Source of the DNA: an uncultured Acidimicrobiales bacterium | Lineage (GTDB): Bacteria; Actinomycetota; Acidimicrobiia; Acidimicrobiales; CADCTF01 | Direction: 5' to 3' | Assembly (NCBI GenBank): GCA_902805655.1 | Contig: CADCTF010000087.1 | Location: 53,233 to 117,232, forward strand | Length of the DNA stretch: 64,000 nucleotides | In this document: positions 25,028 through 36,029 of the stretch, piece by piece | Layout of the letters: each line of letters begins with the position of its first letter | Position numbering within the stretch: the stretch's first letter is position 1 | Notes under the pieces: generated by a model | The model's database searches: none | The model's input: the letters and a program-made list of their open reading frames with translations, nothing else | Told to the model about the DNA's origin: nothing | Made by a program: the position numbers and the translations under genes

Positions 25028-27064
25028 TCAGAGCGGCCGAGCGGCGCCCACGGTGGGCTCCGGGTGGCCGTAGGTGCGGGGTCCGCCACCCGGCGACGCG
25101 TCACCGAACCCGTGGACCCGCCCCTCCCGCGTGACGATGAGATACCCCTCGCCGGACGGGCTGGCCACCAGAGCGACCGCTGTCTCCCCGATGCCCCGCT
25201 CCGGCAGGCTGCCGTGGTAGCCGGCGTCCCCGAAGGTGAAGATGCCGCCGTCGCTGGCCACCAGCCAGTAGCCGTTGCCACTCGGGGTCGCGGCCATGGC
25301 GAAGACCGGCTGGTTCAGCCGCAGGTCTCCCGTCGAGCCATGGAAGGCGACGTCGCCGAAGCTGAAGATGCCGCCGTCGCCGGCCACCAACCAGTAGCCG
25401 TTGCCACTGGGATGGGGTGACATGCCGACCACCGGCCGGTTGAGCCGGAGGGCACCGGTGGAGCCGTAGAAGCCGGCGTCCCCGAAGGTGAAGATGCCGC
25501 CGTCGCCGGCCACCTCCCAGTAGCCACGCCCGGTGGCCGTGGCGGCGAGGCCGACGACGGGCGACGTGAGGGGCTGGCCGCGCATCGACCCGTACCAGGG
25601 CGCACCGAAGCCGTAGACCTCTGCGTCCTCCCCCATCAACCAGTACCCCCCGTCGGCCCCCTCGGCCATGTCGCGGATCGGCGTCGGGATGCCGAGCTCC
25701 TTGGTGGAGCCGTGGTAGCTCGCGCCGCCGAAGCTGAAGACGGCGCCGTCGCGGGCGACCACGTGGTACGGGAAGGACGCGATGCCGGGAGGCTCCGGCG
25801 CATCGACCACGGCGAACCAGTCCGACCGGATGCCCGCACCCGTACCGCCGAGAGCCGACCGGATCTCCGAGTCGTTGTCGCGCAGCACCTGACCACCCGT
25901 GAAGACCAGGGTCATCGACCGGATGCGGCCACCGAAGTCACCGAGACCGTTTCGTGAGTTGATGCGGATGCCGAGGAGGGTGCCCAGGTTGAACCGGGTC
26001 TCGATGTCGGCCACCGCGATCCGTGTCGACCACCGGTGGTACGGGTTGCAGCCCTCGCCCGGGCATGGCCGGTCGCCGCCGTCGGGGACCGCCGGGAACG
26101 TGCCGCCGGCCGAGTGCCCGCCGGTGGACGACGAGAACTCGGTGCGGGCGAAGGCGTGGTTGCTCATGCGGCGCACCTGGCCGGCCGTGGTGGCGACGGC
26201 CACGTCCGTGTTGGCCTCCTCGCGGAGGGTCGTGCCCTGCATCTCGACGCCGCCGAAGACCTGACACGACTCGGTGTTGCAGGTGTCGGCCACGCCGGGG
26301 AAGCGGCCCCGGCCGCTGTTGGACGCCTTGTCCGCCCACGCGTAGCTGCGGGCCGCGACGGCCTGCGCCCGCAACGCCTCCATGCCTCGACCGCCTCCGA
26401 GCGATCCCCAGAACGCCGGCGACTCCCTGGGCACGACGCCCCGCAGGTACGACTCCATGGGCACCAGGTTGATGGCCCGGAACGTCGAGCCTTCCATCTG
26501 CGCCCGCACCACGCCCCGGTAGAAGCGGCTCCCGGACGGTGTGCAGACCAGCAGCATCCGGTCCCGGTCGTCACCCTGGTTCGGATCGCTGGGGGCGACG
26601 TCGGTGATCCCGGACGTCGACCCCACCGGGCTCCACGGCCCGGCGCAGGATGGCGCCACGTCGATGAAGAGCGGGTCGCCGCCCTGGCGGATGCGAGCCG
26701 CCTGGCCCCCCTGGAAGTGGACGAGGCCGACGGTGAAGGGCTGCGCGGACGTCACGATCATGTCGGGCAGGGCCGGGTCGAGCCGCACCCGGATCGTGTC
26801 GTCGGGAGTGGACCCGGCGTAGGTGTTCCCGTAGTAGTGCTGGAGGATGTCGTGGTGGTTCCAGCCCTGCAGGGCGTAGCCGAGCGATCCGTACTGGCCC
26901 ATCCCCCGCCCGTGGCCGAACCCCTTGCCGACCACGTCGATGTGAGTGCTCGGATAGGCAGCTGCCGGCTCGGCCCGGCCGACGTCGACCCCGATGCCGG
27001 CCAGCGGCGCCAAGAGGGCCAGGGCCAGCACGGCTGGAAGCGAACGGCGGCGAGAGTTGGTCAT
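25028..27064 (-). CDS. Secreted SpoIID/LytB-domain protein with six C-terminal repeats
   Basis: Signal peptide; GFGHGRGMGQYG, ESYLRGVVPRE, EALRAQAVAARSY, CQVFGG, FSSSTGG. Confidence 0.9.
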   Translation of the reverse strand: MTNSRRRSLPAVLALALLAPLAGIGVDVGRAEPAAAYPSTHIDVVGKGFGHGRGMGQYGSLGYALQGWNHHDILQHYYGNTYAGSTPDDTIRVRLDPALPDMIVTSAQPFTVGLVHFQGGQAARIRQGGDPLFIDVAPSCAGPWSPVGSTSGITDVAPSDPNQGDDRDRMLLVCTPSGSRFYRGVVRAQMEGSTFRAINLVPMESYLRGVVPRESPAFWGSLGGGRGMEALRAQAVAARSYAWADKASNSGRGRFPGVADTCNTESCQVFGGVEMQGTTLREEANTDVAVATTAGQVRRMSNHAFARTEFSSSTGGHSAGGTFPAVPDGGDRPCPGEGCNPYHRWSTRIAVADIETRFNLGTLLGIRINSRNGLGDFGGRIRSMTLVFTGGQVLRDNDSEIRSALGGTGAGIRSDWFAVVDAPEPPGIASFPYHVVARDGAVFSFGGASYHGSTKELGIPTPIRDMAEGADGGYWLMGEDAEVYGFGAPWYGSMRGQPLTSPVVGLAATATGRGYWEVAGDGGIFTFGDAGFYGSTGALRLNRPVVGMSPHPSGNGYWLVAGDGGIFSFGDVAFHGSTGDLRLNQPVFAMAATPSGNGYWLVASDGGIFTFGDAGYHGSLPERGIGETAVALVASPSGEGYLIVTREGRVHGFGDASPGGGPRTYGHPEPTVGAARPL
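25031..25772 (-). repeat. Six ~42-aa GYW..A.DGG.F.FG repeats in the SpoIID protein C-terminus
   Basis: PYHVVARDGAVFSFG, GYWLMGEDAEVYGFG, GYWEVAGDGGIFTFG, GYWLVAGDGGIFSFG, GYWLVASDGGIFTFG, GYLIVTREGRVHGFG. Confidence 0.9.
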
Positions 27065-27225
27065 CGGGAGGAAAGGGTAATGCCGGACGTTTCGCCCGCA
27101 TGCTCAGCCCTTCTCCTTTGCTTGTGTGACGCAATCCCCGGCGGGGATGGATCCCGTCACAGAAGCTCGGGTCTCGAGGGGCTGTGACACCGAGACCGCT
27201 GCGCTTGCGGCTCTAGGTTCGACGG

Positions 27226-28629
27226 GTGCAGTGCTGCGATGTGGCGGTCCTCGGTGCCGGCCCGGCCGGGCTGATGGCCGCTCGGCGGCTGGCCGGCGCG
27301 GGCCGCTCCGTGGTGGTGCTGGAGGCGGCGACATCCGTCGGCGGCATGGCCGGAAGCTTCGAGATCGCCGGGGTGCGGGTGGACTTCGGGAGCCACCGCC
27401 TCCACCCCACGTCGAGCCCGCACCTGCTGGCCGACCTGCAGGCCCTGCTCGGCGACGACCTCCAGACGCGCCGCCGGCACGGTCGCATCGCCCTGCAGGG
27501 CCGCTGGCTTCGCTTTCCGCTCCAGCTAGGCGACCTGGCCCGGAACCTTCCCAGGAGGTTCGTCGCAGGTGTCGCGGTGGACACGGCCCTGTCGCCGCTC
27601 CGGTCCGCCGCCCTGCGGTCGAGACAGGCGCCGAACGCAGTGCAGGCCATCGAGGCCCGACTCGGCCCGACGGTGGCCCGCAGCTTCTACACCCCGTATC
27701 TCACCAAGCTCTGGGGCACCGACCCGGAGCAGCTGGGCCGGGAGCTGGCCGACCGGCGGGTGTCAGCCCGAAGCCCCCTGGCTCTGGCCGCCAAGGCTCT
27801 CCGCACTCGGCGGGAAACCGACGGCGCCGGCACGTTCCGCTACCCGCGCCGGGGGTTCGGCCAGATCAGCGAGGCCGTCGCAGCCGCGGCCACCAACGCG
27901 GGCGCCGACATCCGGCTCGGTGCCGCCGTCACCCAGGTGGCCCTGGACGAGGCCGGAGCCACGATCACGCTCCCAGGTGGCCGTGTCGTGCGGGCCGCGG
28001 CGCTCCTGTCCTCCATCCCGGTCGCGGCGCTGGCCCACCTGGCCGGCGCGCCGAGCCCCGTGCTGGCCGCGGCCGGCCGCCTGCGCCACCGGGCGATGGT
28101 GCTGGCCTACCTGGTGCTGGACACCGACCGCCTCACGCCCTTCGACGCCCACTACTTCCCCGAGATGTCGACACCGGTGAGCCGGATGAGCGAGCCCAAG
28201 AACTACCGCGACGACCCGAAAGACCCGAGCGGGGTCACGGTGGTGTGCGCCGAGCTGCCGTGCTGGGAGGGCGACGACGTCTGGACGGCATCGGTCGACG
28301 AGCTCCGTGCTCTCGTCGTGTCGACCCTCGAGCCGTTGGGGCTCCGGTTCCCGAGGGTGCTCGACGTGCAGGTGCGCCGCATCCCGCGCTGCTACCCCGT
28401 CTACACCGGCTCGTACGAGGCCGATCTGGCCGGGATCGAGGACTGGGCGGCGCAGCAGCCCCGCCTCGTCACCTTCGGGCGCCAGGGCCTCTACAACCCC
28501 GACAACACCCACCACACGCTGGAGATGGGCGAGGAGGCCGCGGCTGCCGTGCGAGCCGACGGGACCATCGACCGGGTGCGGTGGGATGCCGCCCGCGAGC
28601 GCTTCCGCGCCAACGTCGTCGAGGACTGA
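27226..28629 (+). CDS. FAD-dependent oxidoreductase (HemY / UDP-galactopyranose mutase-like)
   Basis: GAGPAGL dinucleotide motif, VGGMAGS, DFGSHRLH, YPVY, FGRQGLY..DNTHH. Confidence 0.75.
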   Translation: MQCCDVAVLGAGPAGLMAARRLAGAGRSVVVLEAATSVGGMAGSFEIAGVRVDFGSHRLHPTSSPHLLADLQALLGDDLQTRRRHGRIALQGRWLRFPLQLGDLARNLPRRFVAGVAVDTALSPLRSAALRSRQAPNAVQAIEARLGPTVARSFYTPYLTKLWGTDPEQLGRELADRRVSARSPLALAAKALRTRRETDGAGTFRYPRRGFGQISEAVAAAATNAGADIRLGAAVTQVALDEAGATITLPGGRVVRAAALLSSIPVAALAHLAGAPSPVLAAAGRLRHRAMVLAYLVLDTDRLTPFDAHYFPEMSTPVSRMSEPKNYRDDPKDPSGVTVVCAELPCWEGDDVWTASVDELRALVVSTLEPLGLRFPRVLDVQVRRIPRCYPVYTGSYEADLAGIEDWAAQQPRLVTFGRQGLYNPDNTHHTLEMGEEAAAAVRADGTIDRVRWDAARERFRANVVED

Positions 28630-28654
28630 CGACCTGCTGCCATACGCTCCCCCG

Positions 28655-29580
28655 GTGATCACCGCTATCGCCGGAGGCGTCGGGGCGGCGCGCATGTTGC
28701 GAGGCCTGGTGAGCGTCGTGCCCGCGGAGGACGTCACCGCCGTGGTGAACACGGGTGACGACATCGTCCTGCACGGCCTGCACATCAGCCCGGATCTCGA
28801 CACCGTCACCTACACGCTCGCCTCGGCCATCGACCCTGTGCAGGGGTGGGGCCTCGAAGGTGAGACGTGGAACGCCATGGAGGCGCTGGACCGCTTCGGT
28901 GGCCAGACGTGGTTCCGCCTCGGCGACCGCGACCTGGCCACCCACCTCTATCGCACGCAACGCCTGTCGGAAGGCGCCGGTCTGGGCGACGTGACGGACG
29001 AGATCGTCCGTGCATGGGGCCTCCGGCTGCGGGTGCTGCCCATGACCAACGAGCGGGTGGAGACCCGTGTCACCCTCGCCGCCGACGGCACCGAAGTGGG
29101 CTTCCAGGAGTACTTCGTGGGCGAGCGGCACTCGGTGCCGGTTCGGTCGATCCGCTTCCACGGCATCGAGCAGGCCGCGCCGGCCCCCGGCGTGCTGGAC
29201 GCGATAGCCGCGGCCGATCGCGTCGTGGTCTGCCCCTCCAACCCGATCGTGTCGATCGGCCCGGTGCTCGCCGTGCCCGGCATCCTCGATGCCATCGCCG
29301 CCCGCCGGGACGACGTGGTGGCGATCTCCCCGATCATCGCCGGAGCGGCCCTCAAGGGACCAGCCGATCGCATGTTGGTCGAGCTCGGCCACGAGCCGTC
29401 GGTGCTCGGCGTGGCCCGCCTCTACGCCCCGTTCGCGTCCACCCTGCTGATCGACGTGGCCGACGAGGCGCTGGCCGGGGCGGTTGCCGCCGAGGGCGTC
29501 CGTCCGGTGGTCGTGCCCACGATCATGCGGGACGCAGAGACATCGGCCGCCCTCGCTCGCGCCGTCCTGGCCGCGTACAG

Positions 29581-29584
<4 letters not shown>
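28655..29584 (+). CDS. cofD: 2-phospho-L-lactate/PEP transferase (F420 biosynthesis)
   Basis: GGVGAAR, VNTGDD, ISPDLDT, WFRLGDRDLATH, FQEYFV, PSNPIVSIGP, KGPAD. Confidence 0.95.
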
Positions 29585-30524
<940 letters not shown>

Positions 30525-30528
<4 letters not shown>

Positions 30529-31607
30529 CCTTCGTTGCCCACCCTCGCACCGTGCAGGTCTGCGCCCTCGGGCACCTCGACCTCACCCTGCACCACCGAG
30601 AGGCCCGACAGCTTCGCCCCGCGCCCGATGACCGCGCCATCACCGACGATCGAACCGTCGACGTGCGCCTCGGCGCGGATGACCGCCCCGGCCAGCACCA
30701 CCGAGTCGTTCACGACGGCCCCTGCCTCGATCCGCGCACCTGCGCCGATCACCGAGGCGTGCACGGTGGCACCACTCGCGATGTAGGCCGCGTCCCCGAT
30801 CAGGGCCGGCCCGTCGACGTGGCCGTCGATGATCGCCGCGCCGAGCGTCCAGATGGCGTGCGTGCGCTGGCGGGCGTGGGGCGCAGGCGGCCCGTCCCGA
30901 CGCCCGGCGATCAGATCGAGGTTGGCCTGGAGGAACAGCTCCGGCGTGCCGGCGTCGGTCCAGTACGCGTCGGACTGCAGAGCGAACAGGGCGCCCTCGG
31001 CGGCCATGGCCGGGAACACCTGTGTCTCGATCTTGTACGGCTGCGCCACCGGGATGCGGTCGAGCACCGACGGCTCGAGCACGTAGAACCCGGCGTTGAT
31101 GTAGTTGGTGGGGGCATCGGCGGCCGCCGGCTTCTCGATGAAGGCGAGCACGCGGTTCTCGTCGTCGGTGGGCACCACCCCGAAGGCGGACGGGTCCTCG
31201 ACCGGGGTCAGGCCGATGGTGGCCTGTCCTCCCCGGGCCCGGTGCATGGCCACCAGCGCGCCGAGGTCGAGATCGGTCAGCACATCGCCGTTCACGGCGA
31301 TGAAGGTGTCGTCGATGCCGGCCGCTCGAGCCGCGAAGGCGATGCCGCCGGCGGTGTCGAGGGGCTCCGACTCCACGGCGTAGCTCAGCGGGACGCCGGC
31401 GCACCGCTCGTCCGGGAATGCCAGCCGGAAGGCATCCGGCTGGTACCCCATCGAGAGCACGACCTCGGTCACGCCGTGGGACCGGAGGTGGCCGACCACC
31501 CGCTCGATGATGGTGACCTCGGCCACGGCCAGCAGCTGCTTCGGCGTGCGGTAGGTCAACGGCCGGAGGCGGGTGCCCTTCCCGCCGACGAGGACGACGG
31601 CCCTCAT
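30525..31607 (-). CDS. NDP-sugar pyrophosphorylase (mannose-1-phosphate guanylyltransferase-like)
   Basis: LVGGKGTRLRPLT..PK, NGDVL, FIEKP, INAG, YWTDAGTP; C-terminal hexapeptide repeats. Confidence 0.88.
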
Positions 31608-32320
31608 GGTGCGACGGTGGTGCTGGGCGTGGTGCTGCCGTCGGCGGGCGGCGGGGTGGTGGTGGTCTCGGACGGTTCGGGTGCGAGCAGCTCGGTCCGC
31701 GGGTCGAGCCGGGCCAGGTTGCCGGCGGTGGGCGGATCGGGGAGCACGGCTCCCTTGGGCGCGAAGGCGATGGTGATCAGCGCGTTGTCGGTCAGCGGGA
31801 TGTCGCCCACGTTCTTGGTCACGATGTCGTCGTTGACCTTCACCATCACCTCACCGGGCTGCCCGTTGCACTGGGTGTCACCCTCCTTGAACGACTCCCC
31901 GCCCGGCATCCGGACCTCCGAGTCGGTGAGGGTCATGCCGACGGCGTCGGCGAACTCGGAGAGGACGGCGTTCTTGCCCGCCGCCCCGGTGACGAAGGGG
32001 TGGATGTGGATGAGGCCGTCGGCGTGGCTGTGGATGCCTCGCGGATCGGACTGGTCCTGGATCGGAGCCTGGAACGTGCCGCACAGCACGACCCCGTAAG
32101 CCGCGTGCCAGTGGTCCACGTTGGCCCTCGGCGGGCCGATCGTGGCCAGCACCGCGTCGCGGCGCTCGGTGCGACTGAACAGGATGCCCAGCGACCCGAT
32201 CAGGACGACCACGGCCAGCAGCGCCCACCACCGGTAGGGCTTGGGCCCCCCACCCTTGGTGCGGCCACCGCCGGTGCTAGCCGCACGCGACACCTTCTTG
32301 CTGGACGACGCTCTTCCCAT
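31604..32320 (-). CDS. Membrane-anchored hypothetical protein with His-rich motifs
   Basis: Basic N-terminus, one TM helix, DHWH and GIHSHADGLIHIHP motifs, Pro/Thr tail; stop overlaps the next ATG. Confidence 0.8.
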   Translation of the reverse strand: MGRASSSKKVSRAASTGGGRTKGGGPKPYRWWALLAVVVLIGSLGILFSRTERRDAVLATIGPPRANVDHWHAAYGVVLCGTFQAPIQDQSDPRGIHSHADGLIHIHPFVTGAAGKNAVLSEFADAVGMTLTDSEVRMPGGESFKEGDTQCNGQPGEVMVKVNDDIVTKNVGDIPLTDNALITIAFAPKGAVLPDPPTAGNLARLDPRTELLAPEPSETTTTPPPADGSTTPSTTVAP

Positions 32321-32374
32321 AAGTGCAAGTGACGATACTGGACGTAACGGGCACTCCCTGGGCGGGGGTCGTCG

Positions 32375-33256
32375 TCAGGACGACCGGCCGGCCCGCCCCT
32401 GCAGCCAGCGATGCGCCCACGCCAGGCCCGTGCGCGCCACCAGGCCGACCGCCACGACGGGCAGCAACGCCCGCTCGGGGTAGCGGGTGCTCCGCGCCGC
32501 GAAGCGCAGCAGCGCGCGGTGGTGCTCGACGATCATGCGGTAGGGGTGACGGTCGGCCGAGACCCCCTGCACGTGCATGATGACCGCCGCCGGCTCGTAG
32601 GCCACCTGCCAGCCGGCCCGGCCGACCCTCCAGCACAGGTCGACGTCCTCCGCGTACATGAAGTAGTCCTCGTCGAAGCCGCCGATCGCGTCCCACGCCC
32701 GTCGCCGCACGAGCATGCACGAGCCGGAGACCCAGTCCACCACGGCGTACGCGGCGTGGTCCCAGTCGAGCATGCGGTACCGCCGGGTGAAGCGGTTCCT
32801 CGGCGCCACCATGCCCAGGAAGCCGTGACCCACCGAGTCGATGAGCCGCGGGAACTCCCGGGCCGACGGGTACAGGCTGCCGTCGGGGTTCTCGATGCGC
32901 GGCCCGACGATGCCGAGGCGCGGGTTGTGGTCGAGCGCTTCGACGAGCACCTTGATCATGCCCGGCTGCACCACCGTGTCGGGGTTCAGCACGAGGAGCA
33001 GCTCGGTGTCGGTGAAGGCCGCCCCGCGGTTGGCCCCGCGGCCGTAACCCAGGTTGGCCCCCGTCTGCACCACGGTGACGTCGGGGTCCGCCCGCTCGAG
33101 CGCCTCGATCGACCCGTCCACCGACGCGTTGTCCACCACGATGACCTGCCGCACGCCCTCCAGGCGGAGGCTGGCGACACAGTCGGTCAGCAGGTCGCCG
33201 GCGTTGTAGTTGACGACCACCACCGACACGCGGGTGGCCGGGTCGTCAGCGGCCAC
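32375..33256 (-). CDS. GT2 WbbL-like rhamnosyltransferase
   Basis: [49 protein letters not shown]. Confidence 0.85.
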   Translation of the reverse strand: MAADDPATRVSVVVVNYNAGDLLTDCVASLRLEGVRQVIVVDNASVDGSIEALERADPDVTVVQTGANLGYGRGANRGAAFTDTELLLVLNPDTVVQPGMIKVLVEALDHNPRLGIVGPRIENPDGSLYPSAREFPRLIDSVGHGFLGMVAPRNRFTRRYRMLDWDHAAYAVVDWVSGSCMLVRRRAWDAIGGFDEDYFMYAEDVDLCWRVGRAGWQVAYEPAAVIMHVQGVSADRHPYRMIVEHHRALLRFAARSTRYPERALLPVVAVGLVARTGLAWAHRWLQGRAGRSS

Positions 33257-34196
33257 GGAAGTACTCGGCCGTGCGCTCCAGGCCCTCGCGCAGCTCGACG
33301 ACGGGTTCCCAGCCCAGTCGCTCGCGGGCGAGGGTGATGTCGGGACGGCGCTGCACCGGGTCGTCCACCGGCAACGGCTCGTGGACGATGGTCGAGGTCG
33401 AGCCCGTCACCTCGATCACCAGCTCGGCCAGCTGCTTGATGGTGAACTCGTTGGGGTTGCCGATGTTGATGGGGCCCACCTCGTCGCTGTCGAGCAGGGC
33501 CAGGAAGCCGCGGACCTCGTCGTCGACGTAGCAGAAGCTCCTCGTCTGCTCGCCGTCCCCGTAGATGGTGAGCGGCTCGCCGGCCAGGGCCTGCACGAGC
33601 AGGGTCGAGACGACCCGCCCGTCGCCCGGGCGCATGAACGGGCCGTAGGTGTTGAAGATGCGCACGATGCGGACGTCGACGCCGTGGTAGCGGTGGTAGG
33701 CCATGGCCATCGCCTCGCCGAACCGCTTGGCCTCGTCGTAGACCCCGCGGGGACCCACCGGGTTCACGTGCCCCCAGTACGTCTCGGTCTGCGGGTGCAC
33801 CTGCGGGTCGCCGTACACCTCGCTCGTCGACGCCAGGAAGAACGTGGCGCCCTTGTCCTTGGCCAGCCCGAGCAGGTTGTGGGTGCCGAGGCTGCCCACC
33901 TTCAGCGTCTGGATCGGCATCTCCAGGTAGTCCTTGGGCGACGCCGGGCTGGCGAAGTGCAGCACCGCGTCGACCGGCCCGGCCACGTGGACGAAGCTGC
34001 TCACGTCGTGGCGCTGGAACGAGAAGCAGTCATCTGCGAAGAGCGCCTCGATGTTGGCCAGGTCACCGGTGATGAGGTTGTCGATGCCGACGACCTCATC
34101 GCCCCGCGCCAGCAGGGCCCGGCAGATGTGCGACCCCAGGAACCCGGCCGCGCCGGTGACGACGATGCGCCTACCGCTGCGAGTGCCGCCGCTCAT
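33246..34196 (-). CDS. UDP-glucuronate decarboxylase family SDR
   Basis: [64 protein letters not shown]. Confidence 0.88.
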   Translation of the reverse strand: MSGGTRSGRRIVVTGAAGFLGSHICRALLARGDEVVGIDNLITGDLANIEALFADDCFSFQRHDVSSFVHVAGPVDAVLHFASPASPKDYLEMPIQTLKVGSLGTHNLLGLAKDKGATFFLASTSEVYGDPQVHPQTETYWGHVNPVGPRGVYDEAKRFGEAMAMAYHRYHGVDVRIVRIFNTYGPFMRPGDGRVVSTLLVQALAGEPLTIYGDGEQTRSFCYVDDEVRGFLALLDSDEVGPINIGNPNEFTIKQLAELVIEVTGSTSTIVHEPLPVDDPVQRRPDITLARERLGWEPVVELREGLERTAEYFRGR

Positions 34197-35044
34197 GCCG
34201 TCAGCTCCTTCACCAGGCGCTCGAGGGGCTCCGGCCACTCGGGCAGCAGCGGGATGCCCTGGAGGCGGAGGGCGGCGTTGTCGAGCACCGAGTACGCCGG
34301 CCGGGGGGCCGCCACCGGGTACTCGGCCGTGGTGATGGGGCGGATCTTCGCAGGGTCGAGGCCGGCGGCGTGCAGGGTGGCCGAGGCCAGCTCGAACCAG
34401 GTGGTCGGGCCCTGGTTGGTGACGTGGAAGGTGCCCGGGAGGCGGGCCACCACCAGCCGGCGGACCATGCCCGCCAGGTCATCGGTGAAGGTGGGGCAGC
34501 CCTGCTGGTCGGCCACCACGCCGATCTCGTCGCGCTCGCCGGCCAGGCGCAGCATCGTCTTCACGAAGTTCTTGCCCGCCGCACCGCAGACCCACGAGGT
34601 CCGCACGATGGTGGCTCCCGGGTCGAGCTCGCGCTCGCCGGCCAGCTTCGACCGGCCGTAGACCGTCTGCGGGTTCGGCGCGTCCCACTCCAGGTACGGC
34701 CGATCGGCCGTGCCGTCGAAGACGTAGTCGGTGGAGATGTAGCAGAGCCGGGCTCCGGTGATCCTGGCCCCTTCGGCCACGTGGCGGGTGCCGAGGGCGT
34801 TGACCTGGAATGCCAGGTCGACCTCGGTCTCGGCCGCGTCGACGGCGGTATAGGCGCCGGCGTGCACGACGACATCGGGCTGCACCGTGGTGATGACCTG
34901 GAGCGTCCGCTCGCGGTCACCCACGTCGAGGGTCGCCCGGTCGCACGCCACGACTTCGTGCGTCCTCCCGCCGTCCTCGAAGGCACGCACCAGGTCGTGG
35001 CCGAGCTGGCCGGCCGCGCCCGTGATGAGCACGCGCGTCGTCAC
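34193..35044 (-). CDS. rfbD: dTDP-4-dehydrorhamnose reductase
   Basis: [47 protein letters not shown]. Confidence 0.95.
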   Translation of the reverse strand: MTTRVLITGAAGQLGHDLVRAFEDGGRTHEVVACDRATLDVGDRERTLQVITTVQPDVVVHAGAYTAVDAAETEVDLAFQVNALGTRHVAEGARITGARLCYISTDYVFDGTADRPYLEWDAPNPQTVYGRSKLAGERELDPGATIVRTSWVCGAAGKNFVKTMLRLAGERDEIGVVADQQGCPTFTDDLAGMVRRLVVARLPGTFHVTNQGPTTWFELASATLHAAGLDPAKIRPITTAEYPVAAPRPAYSVLDNAALRLQGIPLLPEWPEPLERLVKELTA

Positions 35045-35069
35045 TGGCGCTCCGTTCCGGGGGCGGCGC

Positions 35070-36029
35070 TCACGCGGCGGCCTTCAGCGGCTCCCACCAC
35101 CAGCGGTTGTCCCGGTACCACGCCACCGTCTGGGCCAGGGCCTCGTCGAGGGTGCGGCGCCGCTGCCAGCCGAGCTCGGTGATCTTGGTGATGTCGACGG
35201 AGTAGCGGCGGTCGTGGCCCTTGCGGTCCTCCACGTACTGCACCCGGTCCTCACCGGCTTGGAGCAGGGCGAGGATCTTGTCGACGAGCACGCGGTTGGG
35301 CGTCTCGTTGCCGGCGCCGATGTTGTAGATCTCCCCCGGCGCCCCCTTCTGCAGGGCGAGGAGCACGGCCGCGCAGTGGTCGTCCACGTGCAGCCAGTCG
35401 CGCTCGTTCAACCCGTCGCCGTACAGCGGGATGGTGCCGCCGTCGAGCACGTTGGTGACGAAGAGCGGGATGGCCTTCTCCGGGAACTGGTAGGGCCCGA
35501 AGTTGTTGGTGCACCGGGTTACGACCACCGGCACGCCGTGGGTGTGGTGGTACGAGAGGGCCAGGAGGTCCGAGCCGGCCTTGGACGCCGAATAGGGCGA
35601 CCGGGGCTCGAGCGGGTCGGTCTCCTTCGACGAGCCCTGCTCCACGGACCCGTACACCTCGTCGGTGCTGACGTGCAGCACGCGCTCGACCCCGAGCCGG
35701 CGGGCCGTGTCCATCACGAGGTTGGTGCCGAAGCAGTTGGTGAGCACGAAGTCGTCCGACCCGGCGATCGAGCGGTCCACATGGCTCTCGGCCGCGAAGT
35801 GCACGACCGCGTCCTGGCCGGCCATGGCGTCCTCCAGCGTGCCGGGGTCGCAGATGTTGCCCTTCACGAACCGGTAGCGGGGGCTGTCGTCGACGTCGCG
35901 GAGCGTCGACAGGTTCCCGGCGTAGGTGAGGGCGTCGTAGACGGTGACCTCGTCATCCGTGTGGGCCAGCACGTGTCGCACGTAGTTGGAGCCGATGAAG
36001 CCGGCCCCGCCCGTGATGAGCTGCTTCAT
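35070..36029 (-). CDS. rfbB: dTDP-glucose 4,6-dehydratase
   Basis: GGAGFIGSN, LTYAGN, FAAESHVDRSI, STDEVYGS, YSASKA, DRKGHDRRY. Confidence 0.95.
   Translation of the reverse strand: MKQLITGGAGFIGSNYVRHVLAHTDDEVTVYDALTYAGNLSTLRDVDDSPRYRFVKGNICDPGTLEDAMAGQDAVVHFAAESHVDRSIAGSDDFVLTNCFGTNLVMDTARRLGVERVLHVSTDEVYGSVEQGSSKETDPLEPRSPYSASKAGSDLLALSYHHTHGVPVVVTRCTNNFGPYQFPEKAIPLFVTNVLDGGTIPLYGDGLNERDWLHVDDHCAAVLLALQKGAPGEIYNIGAGNETPNRVLVDKILALLQAGEDRVQYVEDRKGHDRRYSVDITKITELGWQRRRTLDEALAQTVAWYRDNRWWWEPLKAAA

Noticed and set aside
24251-25772. 126-bp periodic DNA repeats as a CRISPR array or mobile-element ends
   Set aside because: Repeats are degenerate, in frame and protein-coding. There are no unique spacers, cas genes or transposase.
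26571-27101. Out-of-frame ATG at 27101 behind an AAAGGAG SD as a frameshifted true start of the SpoIID gene
   Set aside because: The 27064 start already gives a complete signal peptide, and the SD-ATG spacing is long. No support for a frameshift without read data.
23024-27225. c-di-AMP (ydaO) riboswitch upstream of either wall hydrolase
   Set aside because: The conserved GCCGAAUCC / GGGGAACC / CCCGUCAGCUAAC blocks were not found in either leader.
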